Below are positions 12,701 through 27,473 of a stretch of DNA of 64,000 nucleotides, in pieces. Under the pieces are notes generated by a model. The model was not told the DNA's origin. It saw nothing but the letters and a program-made list of their open reading frames with translations, and ran no database searches. Source of the stretch: Trichoplax adhaerens (taxonomy: Eukaryota > Animalia > Placozoa); contig NW_002060949.1 of assembly GCF_000150275.1 (NCBI RefSeq), forward strand, positions 5,265,006 through 5,329,005, in the 5' to 3' direction. Position 1 is the first letter of the stretch; each line of letters starts with the position of its first letter. A program made the position numbers and the translations under genes.

Positions 12701-15700
12701 CAGATACAGATAGAGGTATCATACCCAGGCTGTGCGATCGATTATTCGAAATGATATCACAGGTACCCTTGTGCTTTATTATTTTCAGTAGTCATTATTG
12801 CTGTTCATATTAAACTATGGAGTCTTTACAAATTAACGTGTTAAATGTCAAGTTAGTTAAAGGATAACCAAAATGCGCGAGTGCAATCCTGTTTTTTTAC
12901 TTTTTTTAGAACGAAAAAGATGACTACACTTACAAAGTTGAAGTATCATATATGGAAATTTACAATGAAAAAGTTCGTGACTTATTAAATCCTGCGAAGT
13001 AAGAAGCATTGAGTTTAATGATCGTAAATTTGATCTCATTACATATTTAATGCATTGTAAAGCTTATGTTTAATTATTTCATTTACCTTAAACAGTCACA
13101 AAAAGCCTCTCAAAGTTCGAGAACATAAAATTTTAGGCCCTTATGTTGAAAATTTATCGAAACTAGCAGTATCTTCTTTTCAGGTAATTATCAGTATTGA
13201 TTTTTCTTATGCTTGTTTTGCAATCCTTACTTATATAAGATTGTTATTCATGATAAACATACATACCGCATACTGATTTGCTTATAGGACATAGAAAACC
13301 TTATGATTGAAGGAAATAAATCAAGAACTGTAGCAGCGACTAACATGAATGCAGAATCAAGTCGTTCACATGCTGTGTTTAACCTAATTCTAACCCAAAT
13401 AATATGTGATGAAGCTACTGGGGTATCGACTCTAGTTTTAATAAAACATCGTAATATGAAGCAAGTTAGAAAAAACATTTCGAAATTTTAATCATAGGCT
13501 TCCGGAGAAAAAGTCAGTAAAGTGAGTTTGGTAGATTTGGCTGGAAGCGAACGAGCAACCAAAACTGGCGCAGCTGGTGACCGGTTAAAGGAAGGCAGTA
13601 ATATTAACAAGTTAGGAGGATCATTGGATTAATAAATACTTGATACAGTGACAGTCACTAAATACTTCTCACCCCTATAGATCATTAACCACTTTGGGCT
13701 TGGTTATATCCGCTTTAGCGGATGTGGTAAGAAATATTGCTTAGCTTTCAATAATTAAATATTTACTAATTCGAGGAATTGATGAAATCTAGGAGGGCAA
13801 ACGTGAAGGAGGAAAGAAGAAGCCATTCATACCTTATCGTGATTCTGTACTTACATGGTTACTAAAGGTAACAATTTTAGCATTGTGACTTTAATTGTGG
13901 TATATCCTTTCTTAGTGCCTTAAGTAATATAACAAACTCTATACCTTTTTTATACTATATAGGACAATTTGGGTGGCAATAGTAAAACTGTTATGGTAGC
14001 AACGCTTAGCCCAGCGTTGGATAATTATGATGAAACATTATCTACGTTAAGATACGCCGATCGTGCAAAACGTATCGTTAATCATGCCGTGGTTAACGAG
14101 GATCCAAATGCAAAGGTTATTAAAATACAGCTGTCTAAGTTTAGAGGGATTTTATAGTGTAACTTGGCTGTTCACTTTCGCATCTAATTAGATTATACGT
14201 GAGTTGCGCGAAGAAGTTGAACGACTAAAAAGTCAATTGCGCGGCACAGGTCTACCAGGACCTGGTAGTAAGAGAGAGATGATGGGTAATCCACATGAGG
14301 TTAGAACACTTTAATAAACTCATTATTATACGCATAATATAATTAGCATCCATTCATAGGTTGCTGGTTTGAAAGAAAAGTTAGCAGAAAGCGAGACTTT
14401 AATGAAAGAAATGTCATTGACTTGGGAGCAAAAACTCAAAAATACAGAAAGAATACATCAGGTTTCAGTACCGTATTGGAGATCTTATCAAATGTTACCT
14501 AAAATTAACCGCTCTAACTTTTTAAATATTTTTTTTTAAAATAGGAAAGACAAGAAGTTCTACAAAACTTGGGCATATCTGTTCAATCGTCTGGTATAGC
14601 ACTGGAACATGGCAAATTTTACTTGGTAAACCTTAACGCTGATCCCTCATTAAATCAACTGTTGGTCTATTATTTAAAAGAAGTAACTGCAGTTGGAAAC
14701 TCAAACTCTAGTGTAAGATTTAGAGTTTCGTTCTTATAATATTACATGTCTCGTACTAACACTATAGTACCTAAATTTTTAATCGTGATGTTATAAATTT
14801 ATTTACAGGATATACAGTTAAACGGCTTAGGAATACAACCAGAGCACTGTATACTAAACGTTAAAGAAGGCGATGTATATGTAAAGCCATTTCCTAATGC
14901 TAAGTAATGCAGATACAGTATGTACAGTCTTTTTATTGTTGAAAGTGAAATAATTGAATTGTTTATTTCGTAGAACTTACGTAAATGGTAAGATAGTCAA
15001 TGAGGAAATGCTCTTATATAATGGCGATCGCATTGTTTGGGGAAATAATCACTTCTTTAAACTTAATTGTACAAGACAACGTCGTAAGTAGAGCATATAC
15101 AGTACGATACGATAGCTACTATTACTGTTATTTGACATTTAAAATATTCTATATTTGATTACATTTCTAGCCGTAGGCGGTAACAACGTAGACTTGAACA
15201 TAGTAGACTATCATTTTGCGCAAAAGGAAGTATTTAAGGAGGAATTAAGCGTAGGTTGGTATCGATTGAAACCCTATGGCCTAATTTGGTAAAATAGTTA
15301 TCGTATCTGTTTTAGCCAATGATTAAATTTCAAAATTTCTTAGATCCAGTCCAAAACGTGATTAAGGAAATTGAACAAAAGTATCATGAAGAGAAACAAG
15401 GTTTGTTAAAAGTGTCTAAGTTCACTAACTAAATACTGCACAACGGTAGCTTTCTATTACTGAAATGAGCGTTAAATGAAACTAGCGCGAATTATCCTAC
15501 TTTTGATAATGTTAAAGTAGTTACTTTTATGCATGAGAAAATTATTATCTAAGACTTAATAATTCTTGTATAGGTGCTTTACAGAAGCAGAAGGAAATGT
15601 ACGAACAGCAGTTAGAACAATTGCGGAATCAAATGGCCTCTTCAACGCCTAAAAATGAAAAGCACGAAGTAAAGGTCACCGATGACTCTAAGGAAAATGA

Positions 15701-18700
15701 TAATGAAGTACAGCGCACAGAAAACACAGATGTTACTTATGACGAACAACGAACTAATAATGGTAACATTCTCAATCAAGATAATGATGGTTACGAAAGG
15801 GCAGAGGTGTACGATGACGAAAATTATAACGAAGAATCTCAACGGGACTGGGACGAAGATAGGTACCTTAACTATTTTATTTACATTCTTTGATACTTAC
15901 TAGTACACCTCTAAAAACTTCGATTCTTGTAGCGATTTCGCTTTTGAGCAAAGACTTATGAAATTGCAAGATGAACTTCTTGAAGCTAAGGCACTAGCAA
16001 GGTACGGACTTAATTTTCTGATAGAGAAATTTTAATTCTTAAATTATAGTTTACGGACTAGCTGCTATTAAATTCTAGGGAAGCTAATACGCTTAGCGAA
16101 GAATTAAACAAGGGAACTGAATTTCAAGTTACTCTACAAGTAATAAGCATAGGAATAAGAATACATGCCATGCTTTTTATCTATCCTTGACTACTGATAC
16201 ACACTTAAAATCTATTAGAAGAACCCTAAACTATCGTTCTTGTTGGTTCTAGATACCTACAGCAAGTCTTACCCCGAATAAAGAAGTATATTATCCTATG
16301 TCTTATTTTGCATTACAATGGTACTTTATAATAGGTATCAAGATTAATATTTTAATAAAAATTTCTATTTCAGAGAGATGTTCTCGGTTGTGAAGTTTCA
16401 ATTATAGTTAGAAATAAGAGGAGAGGAACACAAAGTGAGTATATTTTTAATAAATGTTTGAGTGAGTGTTGTTCGATCAATGAATTGGAATCCTTAGCTG
16501 TTTCAAATTAAATGTTCAGCTTGGACCGTCGAAAAACTGGCTAATAAAATATTTGATATGAGAGAGCTTTATGAAATCGTTAACGAAGGTCAGCCTGGAA
16601 AGGTACAGTGTGCGCTGGAATTCTATCAGAATGTCACGCTTTTACATTTATTACGCTCTATATAAAATCTTTAACTTTTCATCAATAGACTTACCAAGGT
16701 AGTGACCCATTTTATGAACTAGAAAGTCACTCTCTGATCGGTGTAGCAAACGTGTTTTTGGAATGCTTACATCACAATGTTAAGCTTGACTATTCTGCAC
16801 CTATAATCAGTCAACAAGGCGAGGTAAAAATCTATAAAACTATCTATTTATAACAGCAAGCAGCAAGTTTTGTTGCATATTGAATACACCACAGTGCCCT
16901 TGAATATGTTAAATACGTGAGCGCTAATGATTTATGATATCTTTCGAAGGTTGTCGGGCATTTAGCTATTGAAATCAATAGAATTGAAGGTTCGATAATT
17001 CTTATTATTATTACTTAGTAATAATTAAATCTAACTAGATATTACTGTCGAAAAATAGTTAGGTTAGAAGCTTATTATTGGTTAATTTTAATAGAACCAA
17101 AACTGAGAAGAGATCGCGTTGGGAATGCAGGAGACGTAGACGAGGATTTCTTGAATTATTATTATTCTAAAAGTAATCATCCTATTGAAGAGGCACAAGA
17201 TATGGAATCAGAATCTTATGATGGTCTATGTGTTGGAGACACCATCCAATGCATGGTAATAGATAAAGGCGTATTGTAGTAACTTCATGCTTACTTAAAT
17301 GACATATCTTTTTTTATTTATAGATAAAAATTAAATCAGCCTCGGGGCTGCCATCCACTATGTCAAACTATGTATTTTGTCAATATACTTTCTGGGATAA
17401 ATCTGGCACTGTTGTGCCTCCAAACAATCCGATGCAATCTACCGCAGGAAGGACTAGTGATGTTGCATTCAATAACACTCAGGTTTGTTCATTTTTGTAC
17501 GATGACAGGTGCAAAAAAATACGTTTTGCATAATAAGTTTGAATTGATTAATGCTGCTGTCATTAACCTAAATTAATGCGCTGCAAATAAAATAATAGCA
17601 ATAGATTTGTTAATTAATAATAAGAGTCCATGTCTTACAATCAAGTACACTAGGACAGATGAAAGACTAGTTTTCTTCTTATATTTTTACTGATTGAGTC
17701 CTTCAAAGATTGAGTAACATCTGCTTCGTTTTGCTGATCTTATGATTTGTAGGTTTTCACGGTCGAAGTGAGCGATGATTTCTTGGATTATTGTTCTGAC
17801 TGCTCCCTAGCAATAGAAGTGTGGGGTCATCGCAGTACGGGTTTCCTTAGTGGATTGTCAAATGAATTAGCGGATCAAGTTGAACAGCATAAGCCGAAGA
17901 CGTTGAAGGAAAAGTATGCAATGAACTAAATAGACATTTACTCAAAAGAGTGACTATGGATACAAAACTTTTTGGACAGTTTTTCATAGATAGAAACTGA
18001 AGCCCTAATAGAAGAATAATTTCGTTTTATATATTAAGGTGGTATGATTACATACATCAAGTCGAATTATGGGTTGAGATTTTAGAAATTAATGATGACG
18101 GTGAATACGTCCCGGTTGAAGTACTTCCTCGATCCGATAACTTAAGCGGAGGAATTTTTCAATTGCGGCAAGGCTTCGCAAGGCGTATGTTCGTAAAAGT
18201 GAAAACTGTTAAAGACAGTGGTGGCCTACCGTTGGCTATTGAGTCTATAAAGTCAGTAAGTTTGGGTAGTATCTGTTCGAGGTCAAAGTTGCAAAAGAGT
18301 ATGGACAGCTTTCAAGACAAAGATCTTGTTAGGTAATTGATGATCGGAATTATTCCTACTACTGACACTGTTAATGATTAAATAATATGATATTGTAGAC
18401 TTAGGGAAAAGTGGACAGCTGGTTTGATGAAGAAACGAGAGTACCTTGATGAACAAATACATGCGCTAATTGGCGTAAAAGGTAATAATACAAAATAATT
18501 GAAAAAGTACTGTATATATCGTAGTAAACATAAATTAATTTCTTTCTTATTTTCGTTTCGTAATGTGTATTAGATAAATCTCCAGCTTCAGCATTGCGAG
18601 AAACGTCCTTGATTGACGAATGGGTCGCTCTCACAGAAGAACGTAACGCGGTCCTGGTTCCAACTCCAGGGTCTGGAATCCCTGGTGCTCCACCAGCTGA

Positions 18701-20954
18701 GGATTGGTAAGCTGTTTTAGTTCAAGCTGATTTAATGATGCTAGTCTTAATACAAACTATTTTAAATAGGAAACCTTTGCCAGGAATGGAGGATGCTATA
18801 CCAGTCATATTTATGGATTTAAGCAGTAAGATATTCTACTAGTCACTGGATATTAGTTTTTGATGATTTACTATGATTCTTACAGTACAAGTGTATCTGC
18901 GTTAATTAATTTTTATTACTAAATAGATGACCTACGAACTGTCAATAATGATCCTGAGATGATAGATGCAATTGGTGCACAATGCACAATTTTCCGGGAA
19001 AATCGTTATACCAACGTTGATTTACCAATTATTAGATATGAAGATAATGGGGTAAGATAGATGTGCGATCATTATGTATCATATCATATAATCTACAATA
19101 AACTGTAGCCTTATCAGTACAGCTAGTACTTCCATCGCTTCTCCTTCAAAAATGGATATTTTTTGTAATGTAACTAGTGTTGTACAATCAATTCCTGGGA
19201 CAGCTCTGTCCATGACTCCATCTACCTTAATCGTTTAACACCGGCTTCGGAAAGAGTTTATATGATCCTATCTGTGAGTTACAAAAAGCTTTATTAATGA
19301 ATCTACTTGTAGTAATAAACTGTGATATTTCTAATATCGCAGAAATCGTTCTTCATGTTGAACCTCTCTATTTTTATTTTAACTTGATAAATATCGCAGG
19401 TTGTCATTAAATTGAGCCATCCGGCACCTCTGGAATTAATGCTAAGAAAAAGAATTTGTTTAAAAATTATAAAGAGACAAGGTTTCACTTTGTCGTTATT
19501 CAAACGCTTCACACAGGTAATAAATGTCTAAATCTATTATTAAAAAAGTTATAAATTATTCAAATTTTGTAACTGATGTACTATTTTAATAATATTTCAA
19601 ATTTACTAGACTCCTCGACATAATTGTGGTGTAACGTATACATTGGTGTCAAGAATTCCCCAAGTATTTATAATATAATATACTTTTTATCTTAATGCTG
19701 TCTACACGTGATAGTAAAACTACTTCATCTTACAGCATATCGAAGATGAAGACGAAGAAGTGGATGATTTAACAGAAGTAACCCGTGATGAAGATGAAAA
19801 TGCCGATGATAGCAGTAACATGTTGAGAAAATATACGAGAGGCGTCTCTAATGTTGAAAATATCTTAGCCGTTGATCGGCTTAGACAGGTTAGAACACTA
19901 TAGCTTTATTTACAACGTCTTTTCAAGGGTTTTCATAGTATTTTCAATCTCGTAGGAGGTTGCTGTGAAGGAAAAATTGGCTGCTACCGGGAAATCTTTA
20001 AAGCAAACATTCTCAAGTACCCCAAATTTACTACGGGTAAGCAAAGTTAGATGCAAAAAATGAAGATAAAAGTCTTTAACTATATAAGTAAGAGTGTAAG
20101 ACTGTAAACCTCTATGGTGTAAATTTGTTTATTAGGTCGATAGCGGAAGTAGCCCAATGGTTAGAGGATCCCTTTCTAGAGTAAGTTTATTTCCGTGCAT
20201 CAAGAATATTTTTTGTATCATTATCTAACAAGGATTTGTTTTTTAGCTGAATTACAATAGCCAAACATTTACGGATCTCCAAACTACCCGTCGGACGTCA
20301 TTCACTCAAGATCGCTCGTCGCATGCAGCAAGACGAATAGCGGACCATGCTAAAGTAAACGCATCGTTATCGTTCGATAATAACGAAGAAGACATGGTTA
20401 GTAAGCATGGCCGTTCCGAAAGAAGCAAATCGTTTGGTGCTGTCGACGCAAGTGATGCCTATAGTAAACGAAGCCCGTCACTTCATTTGCCAGGAAGAGC
20501 TAGAAATATGAGTGCATTAGGCAATCTACATTTACCGCAAATTTTAAGTCCTGCTCCTGATACTTCATTAAATTCGAATACAAATTCAAAAGGCGTACCA
20601 ATGTTAGTTCAGCCTGCTCCTGATACTTTGCTTAAATCGCAAAAATTCAGTGCTGCAAGTAAATTAAGCGCCTCAGCTACTTCACCAAGCGGTGCGGCTC
20701 TTTCGAAAGTTGCGTCTCCCATAAATAATATTAATAATAATAATAGTAACAATAATAATAATAATAATAGCATTAATACTTCTACAGGTAATAGTAATAA
20801 CAAATTTAAAGGCAGTTTTAAACGCTCAGGATTAGATAGTTTATCTGAATCTTACGAAGTGTTGGATAGCGACAATTCTGATCCTAAAACTCTCCTAAAT
20901 TCTGCAAAAGTTGCCTTACTTAAAGATGGCGGTAAAGGCGAAATAGATGCGTAG
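6757..20954 (+). CDS. KIF13: Kinesin-3 motor KIF13 (KIF13A/B/Khc-73 family), multi-exon
   Basis: Start [16 protein letters not shown] at 6757. Motor motifs [19 protein letters not shown]|[57 protein letters not shown] region [19 protein letters not shown]...[15 protein letters not shown]13 tail motifs [33 protein letters not shown]. Stop TAG ends 20954. Confidence 0.96.
11418..11430 (+). CDS. KIF13: 13-nt microexon of KIF13 (G|KPTK)
   Basis: AAG|GAAACCGACCAAG|GTATGA with an upstream pyrimidine tract. Exon 1 (49 nt) plus exon 2 (67 nt) end in phase 2, and these 13 nt restore phase 0 into IFAFDYCFW. Confidence 0.85.
20722..20777 (+). repeat. (AAT)n-type coding microsatellite, poly-Asn tract in KIF13 last exon
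   Basis: Translates to [18 protein letters not shown] in ORF 20394-20954. Confidence 0.9.
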
Positions 20955-22434
20955 TTTTTGTTGCGGATAAACATAGTTAATTAATTAGTTACCCAAGCAT
21001 ATCTATTTTAATCGATCGTGCTATAAGATATAGGGGCTGTTTAATATTTCGTATTGGATGAAAAATATCTATCATGTTGCATGAATGCATTTTAAATTTA
21101 TCGATATATAATTTTATAATCAAATCAATTTAAGTACATTAGCGATCCTAAATGTCTTATAATTTTTGAATGCGGATAAGAAGCTTTTTGTAGCTGAATG
21201 TAAATAAGCATACCACGAAGTTTATAGCTACTACCGAAGCGGCTTTGCATTAACTACGTATTACAATTACTTAAAAATGGATATTATATTGAATAATGGG
21301 AAATTTTTTGATGTTTGGTCAAATTATCGTTGATTATTGGCAAATTGCAGTATTATTTTCGTATTATTGTACGGTAGAAGCTTTAATTTAACGTATAGTA
21401 TTACGAGTAAGTTATCTACAGTATTGTACAATATTATACAATGTATTGGTACAGTACCGGTCTCCTTCAAATTAATGAAATTTCTGCTTTACATGATTCA
21501 TGATTGATTATATAAATTGCTAAGCGATAATAGCGTTAGCATGATTTAGTTTGCTATTTGAGATGATACACTGATAATGCTATGGTGTGTAACTGTGTAT
21601 CTTGCTTAATTCGAATTGTGAAAATTTTCAAAGTCTGGCTGTGATGAATCTTTTTTACTCCCTTTTGAACTTCGCAAAACAGACTCCATTTGCGATACTT
21701 CGATGGCTTACTTAAATTTTGAAATTTCTATTGTGGTTTTATTCACTTTATTACAGGATACGGACAATGTATAGTCTGTTGTATTATTGGATTTAGAAAT
21801 GCGTCTTGTTAGATATCATTTGTAAAAGCTGAATCTAATCTGTTAGTGCTGCGTGCATCGCATCATATTGGAAAGATGCTATTGATATCATACAGTATAG
21901 TCGTAATTTTAACTTTGACTAGCTTGCAAGTACGTTGTATTAAACTGATAGGGTATTATTACTATTTTATTGGTGAAATTGCTTCTCTGTTATATTGTGT
22001 ACGTATAACCAGTCATTACCTAGTCATCGCTGGTCTTTAGTACCTACAGTTCATTAATGGGTTAACCATGGCATGAACTACAAGTCTACAAGGCAGAATA
22101 TCTAACAGTGCATGACCATGGCCAAATACTGCACTTCGTTATGACAGCATTTAAATATGCAGACGGTTGATTTTGAATTGACTGATTTTCTTCTGAAATG
22201 AAGTAATATTACATTGAATCTCGTTATCTATTACTAAATTCTACTAGGGAAACCATTACTATATATAAGATTATAACTATTATGTAAATTAGAAGCAGTG
22301 ATTTTGAAATTGGCAATTTGCCGACAATGCAATTCTCTAATTCATACTACTTATAGTAAGTAGTAATTTTTCGACATTTACCGTCTCATCGCTAGTCATT
22401 GGTATCAAAAGTCCGTCCGTCTTATATTTATTGC

Positions 22435-23945
22435 CGTACAGTACAGTACTGTAGATTAATTAACTCAAAGAGCTCAAGTACTGTACTGTACAGTAGTTGC
22501 ATTGTGCAGTGTACAGTACACACTTTACAAACCCAATTGTCACCCCCTGAGTACAGTACAAACCAAACTCGCTACAGTACAGTACTTTCAATTGGGTTTG
22601 TGCAGTACTGTACAGTACTGTACACTGTAGAGCGAGCGTAATTTTCACTTGTGACTTTCACCCGACAGTGTCACACTCATCATATAGTATGTGTTGATCC
22701 CATTTTCGTATAGCTTTGAAGCCGTAGGAGGGTGTTAATTGCCGCTGCACGTTAATCGGTGCTTAGAACAGCATTATCTTTTCAATTTCTTTCTTATTTA
22801 AAGTTCATACGGTAAGTTCACTTAAAATTTATAAAATTTCGTTTCATTTATCAATCGCTACGTTAATCCAAGGACTAGTAACTCTAATCGTTGCAACGAT
22901 CGGGGATATAATGCATAATGCTTAGTCTGGTTGTAGACACTTGTAGTCATGTACAGACAGTACTGTACAGTGTACAGTACAGTATAAACGTACCTGTACC
23001 TGTGGAGTAAGGTACTGACTGCATTATACTGTACTGTGTATGGTACTTGGTTTTTTAATAGGATGCCTTCTTCATTCTGTCATGCATGAGCTGATGAACA
23101 GTTTCTTTACAATAAGTTTTTTACCATAGGTATAGAAATACATATGGGCATTGAACTAGTTCAGATGCAGTTTACGAGACATGCATGGAAAGCTGATTAT
23201 TTCTTCCTTGTAGTCGCTACCTTACCTCTCGTAGGAGACAAGCAAAAACGCCAAATCATTATAGCCGCATAATTTGGTATATCTTTCTGCATCGGTACCC
23301 TACAATGTACATTGCTACAATATACTGTACAGTACTGTATTCTAAATACTGTACACTGTACAGTATACTGACGAGTGGCACTTTTCGCCCGACTTCCTAC
23401 GTTTTACCGTACTGTATCCGTATCAAGATCTCTACATACAATATCAGTAATGTTGGACAGAGAAAATTTTCCATTCTCTATTAGTTCTATTAGTCTTGTA
23501 GTGTTTCCACATATGGGCCCACTTCGAACATTGGCCGCAACCTATACATATTATATATTATACAGTGCATCATCTCGTCAAAATATTGTGCCAAACACCT
23601 CGTTATGACAGTACTTTAAGTATGGAGATGATCGATTTTAAATGTGACTAATTTTTTCTAAATTACTGTAAGTAATAATATTACGTTGAATCTGTCCGTT
23701 ACTAAGTTCTGCTATACAGTACTGTACTGTATTTATTAAGTAAGCATTTTTCGATCAGAAAAGTCCGTCTGTCCGAAATGTACTGTATTCGTGAATCGCC
23801 TACGTTCCACACAAGTGCAGCTTTGGGTCCCGTTTTCCCCCTTCAAGTACAGTACTGTGCTATACAGTGTACAGTACAGACAGTAGTTCTGGTACTGTAG
23901 TCTGTAGACGCCTTTTTACTGTACTGTACAGTGTACAGTACATTG
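22435..23945. repeat. Clusters of TACAGTA/TACTGTA pentamer chains upstream of PYCR
   Basis: For example TACAGTACAGTACTGTA (22437), CAGTACTGTACAGTACTGTACACTGTA (22603), TACTGTACAGTGTACAGTACAGTA (22961), TACTGTACTGTACAGTGTACAGTA (23917). Confidence 0.9.
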
Positions 23946-24025
23946 CACTCCACGAACTTTCACTTTTGTTAATCCAAGGTAAATTTTCTCTTCTTACGCG
24001 TATACTATAAAAAGCTTGCCAAAGA

Positions 24026-27000
24026 ATGAGTCAATCAAGCCCGGCCGATTTAAAAGACATGACCATTGGATTCATTGGAGCTGGCAAAATGGCACAAGCT
24101 CTTGCTAGTGGATTTATCGCATCTAGTAAGGATATATAAACAATTTGAATCATTATACTGTCAATGGATTCCTTTTTTTTTTTTTTTTACGCCGCATAGC
24201 ATTCATACTTCACATTACATTGTTCAGTTGACATAAAATAATCATTCAATCAAGGGAGCTAGCTTGATTTTGCGACGTTTTACTGATTTGGAAATAAAAT
24301 ATCATTAAGAAATAAAGCTATTTTACGGTAGACTGCCTACAATGTTCTAACGTGTTCTATGGACGTCTAGGATGATTATACTGTTTTCATCATCAAAATA
24401 ATAGTAATTACCTACTCCTTTACTATTAGTACAGTATCAGTGTCCACTGGATGTTCATTTTTGTATGGATTGCTTCTTTTGAATAATACGATACCGTACC
24501 ACGTACAGTAAGCCAGAAAAGAATATCAATGTGAAAGATCGATAATATTACTATTATGTATGATAGCAGCATTAAACTGATCTATCCTTTTATTTTATTT
24601 AATTAATTTTGAAAGGAGTAGCTTCTGTAGACAAATTATTTGCCAGTGCCCCTTCAATGGAGTCGCTCCAAGGAATTAAGGTAATTTTTTCTAGCACGTG
24701 TTGTACGTACTGTAGTTGCAGGGTACAACGATAAGCCATTGACTGTGTTCGGATCATATCTCTAGCTGTTGACTACAGTAATCCTTGTTTAATAGGTTAT
24801 TGTACATACTACATAATACCTTAATTAATGCTCACGATGGTGGTGACTTCACTTTTCCTGGTAAATTTGTATTTGACATGATTTTACTATACAATACAGT
24901 AGATTATATAGTACAACATTGACAAGGCGATAGCGGTCTAAATGAAGCTGTAATCTGATACAGTGTTGCAAAAGTGAATAGGGTATACCACCTTGATTAT
25001 AATTATAATCAACTAAGCGTTAGCCGTGATTAAAATAGACTTTACATTGAACCAAGTTCAATCCCCTACCTGATTTGGGTTATTTAGGTGACTCCGCGGT
25101 ACCGCACCAGGGACGTCACGCCGGTACAATTCTGTAACAATAAAGTTCTGATGCAATCTCGGATTGTTCTAAATCTTATTTGTTTATACTGCATTCATAT
25201 ATGGTATGCAGAAGTACGCTTTTGACTTTACCGCACTACAGTACTGCACTTCTTCTATTACGAAACAACATTCATATACTATTGTAGATTACAATCTCCA
25301 TCTACCATAGTATAGTGTAATACTTGTACGTCGAGCCATGCCACATAACTCGGAATAATCTAAGCCTATCAAATCCTTAAATTTCCAACGAAACCTGGAT
25401 GTATCCTCTTGACCATGGAAAATATAATTTTCTCATGTTAGCAGGATGCGTCACATTGTACTTTGAATGCAATAGTTAATGCTTTAGAATGGCATGTGCA
25501 TTTTATTTTAAACAATTATATACAACAGATTTGTACTGCCAAGTACTATAGGTCGGAGTAGTAATCTGCATTGTTTGTTTTATTTCTTAATTGTTCTCAT
25601 TGTACCGCCTTCTACTATATTCTTTTGCTTAGGAAAAAATTAATAATATCAATGTTACTACTGATAACAAAGACATTGTACGCAAAAATGACGTCATAAT
25701 CGTTGCCGTTAAGCCGAATATCCTATCACAAGTCCTGAAAGAGATCGCTCCGGTTATTAGAAGCGAGAACCTAATTATTTCCGTTGCTGCTGGTATACGA
25801 ATACCGGCAATAGAAGATGTATGTCATTAAAGAATATGAATCAACAGAGTTTAGAATTGATAGTTGTTATTACAGTAAAAATTGCGTGAATGGATGTTTA
25901 AAATGTGTGTACTGTATATATGTACAAATCTCTTTCTTGAAATCTGAATGGCAATTGAGTATGCATTGATTTTTTGATTGACTTGAAGCAATTTGTATTA
26001 GCCTAATCAGCTAAATGACAGTGAATTGGAGCATATAAATTAGAGCCCAACTTTTACTTACTTATAGCCCTTACCGAACGGAACAAGAGTTGTACGAGTT
26101 ATGCCCAATACTCCATGTTTGGTCGGTGCTGGAGCCTCTGCTTATTCCCTTGGTACCTATGCACAATCTAGGGACGCCGAAACTGTAAATAAGTTAATGT
26201 CAGCTGTTGGCTTATGCGAAAAAGTGCCGGAATCACTTATAGACGCCGTTGTTGGTGTTAGCGGAAGTGGACCAGCTTATGTAAGATATTGAAATGAAAT
26301 CACCTCGTACTTTGATTGATCAACCTTAGCATTTTCTGTATCATATACTGTGTATCGCTGTAATGAATCATTGCAATTTGTAAGGCTTTGTTAATTAAAT
26401 CAAGCCTCCTTAGTAGCTGAGTAATCAACGCGGTACACGTATAACCATATTAGACAAAGATAAATCGTTACTCTAATTTCGATCTGTAAACTAACGAATT
26501 GTTTAGTTACTATTATTAAGCTAGCTCGTTGAAACTATAGTTGAAAACAATAAGCATTAATTTAAATTTTAATGAGTCTGTTGGACAAAGTAGTGACTTA
26601 CGCGCATACTCGTATATAATCACAACTATTTCCTGATGTCCAAATTCGGCACAATATTTATTTAAAATTCTAATTAGGTAAACTTTACACTATCCACTGT
26701 ATAAATAAAGTTACACTCGTAGCATCACTTCTTCTAAAAATTTATGTCAAGTCAATTTGTGGCACAATTGTCGTTGATTATAGGCTTTAAAATTTAAAGT
26801 AAATTTTAATTTTACTCCTTTATTTATTAAATCATAAATTAATAGATGTTCGTAGCCATAGAAGCATTGGCTGATGGTGGTGTTAAAGCTGGTTTACCAC
26901 GTCATTTAGCCTTAAAATTAGCTGCACAGACTCTATTGGTACGTTATCTCACTTGTAGGCAGTGTATGATACCATAATCTATATTCTAGATCATAACAAG

Positions 27001-27473
27001 ACCAATAAAAATTAATAGTCTTATTGCTAGTTAAAGTACAGATAGCGAATTTGAATAATTGACCAAAGGTGATAACATATCTGCAATATAAATGTTTATT
27101 GGATAGGGTGCTGGAAAAATGGTAATGGAAATTGGTGCACATCCAGCTGAGGTATTGAATAGCACCTGATCATGCCATGTTAAAGACAGGAATTATTCGT
27201 ATTAGTCAGCCATTTTTTATTTTGAAGTATTTGTTTACTACATTCTTATTGAATCATCAGTAAAAGTCCTTAAATTGGATAGATGCATAGTTGACGTAAA
27301 TGTGTATTGAAATAGAATATATTATTATTTCATTCTAGTTGAAGGATGAAGTTTGTTCTCCTGGTGGTACCACTATTGCTGCGGTTCATACATTAGAGAA
27401 GAATGGATTTAGAGGGGCCCTAATCGATGCTGTTTTAGAGTCATGCAATCGTTCCAGAGAATTAGGAAATTAA
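24026..27473 (+). CDS. PYCR: Pyrroline-5-carboxylate reductase, PYCR3/proC-like, multi-exon
   Basis: [29 protein letters not shown] (Rossmann GxGxxA), [43 protein letters not shown]. Ends RSRELGN* without the PYCR1/2 C-terminal extension. Confidence 0.95.
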
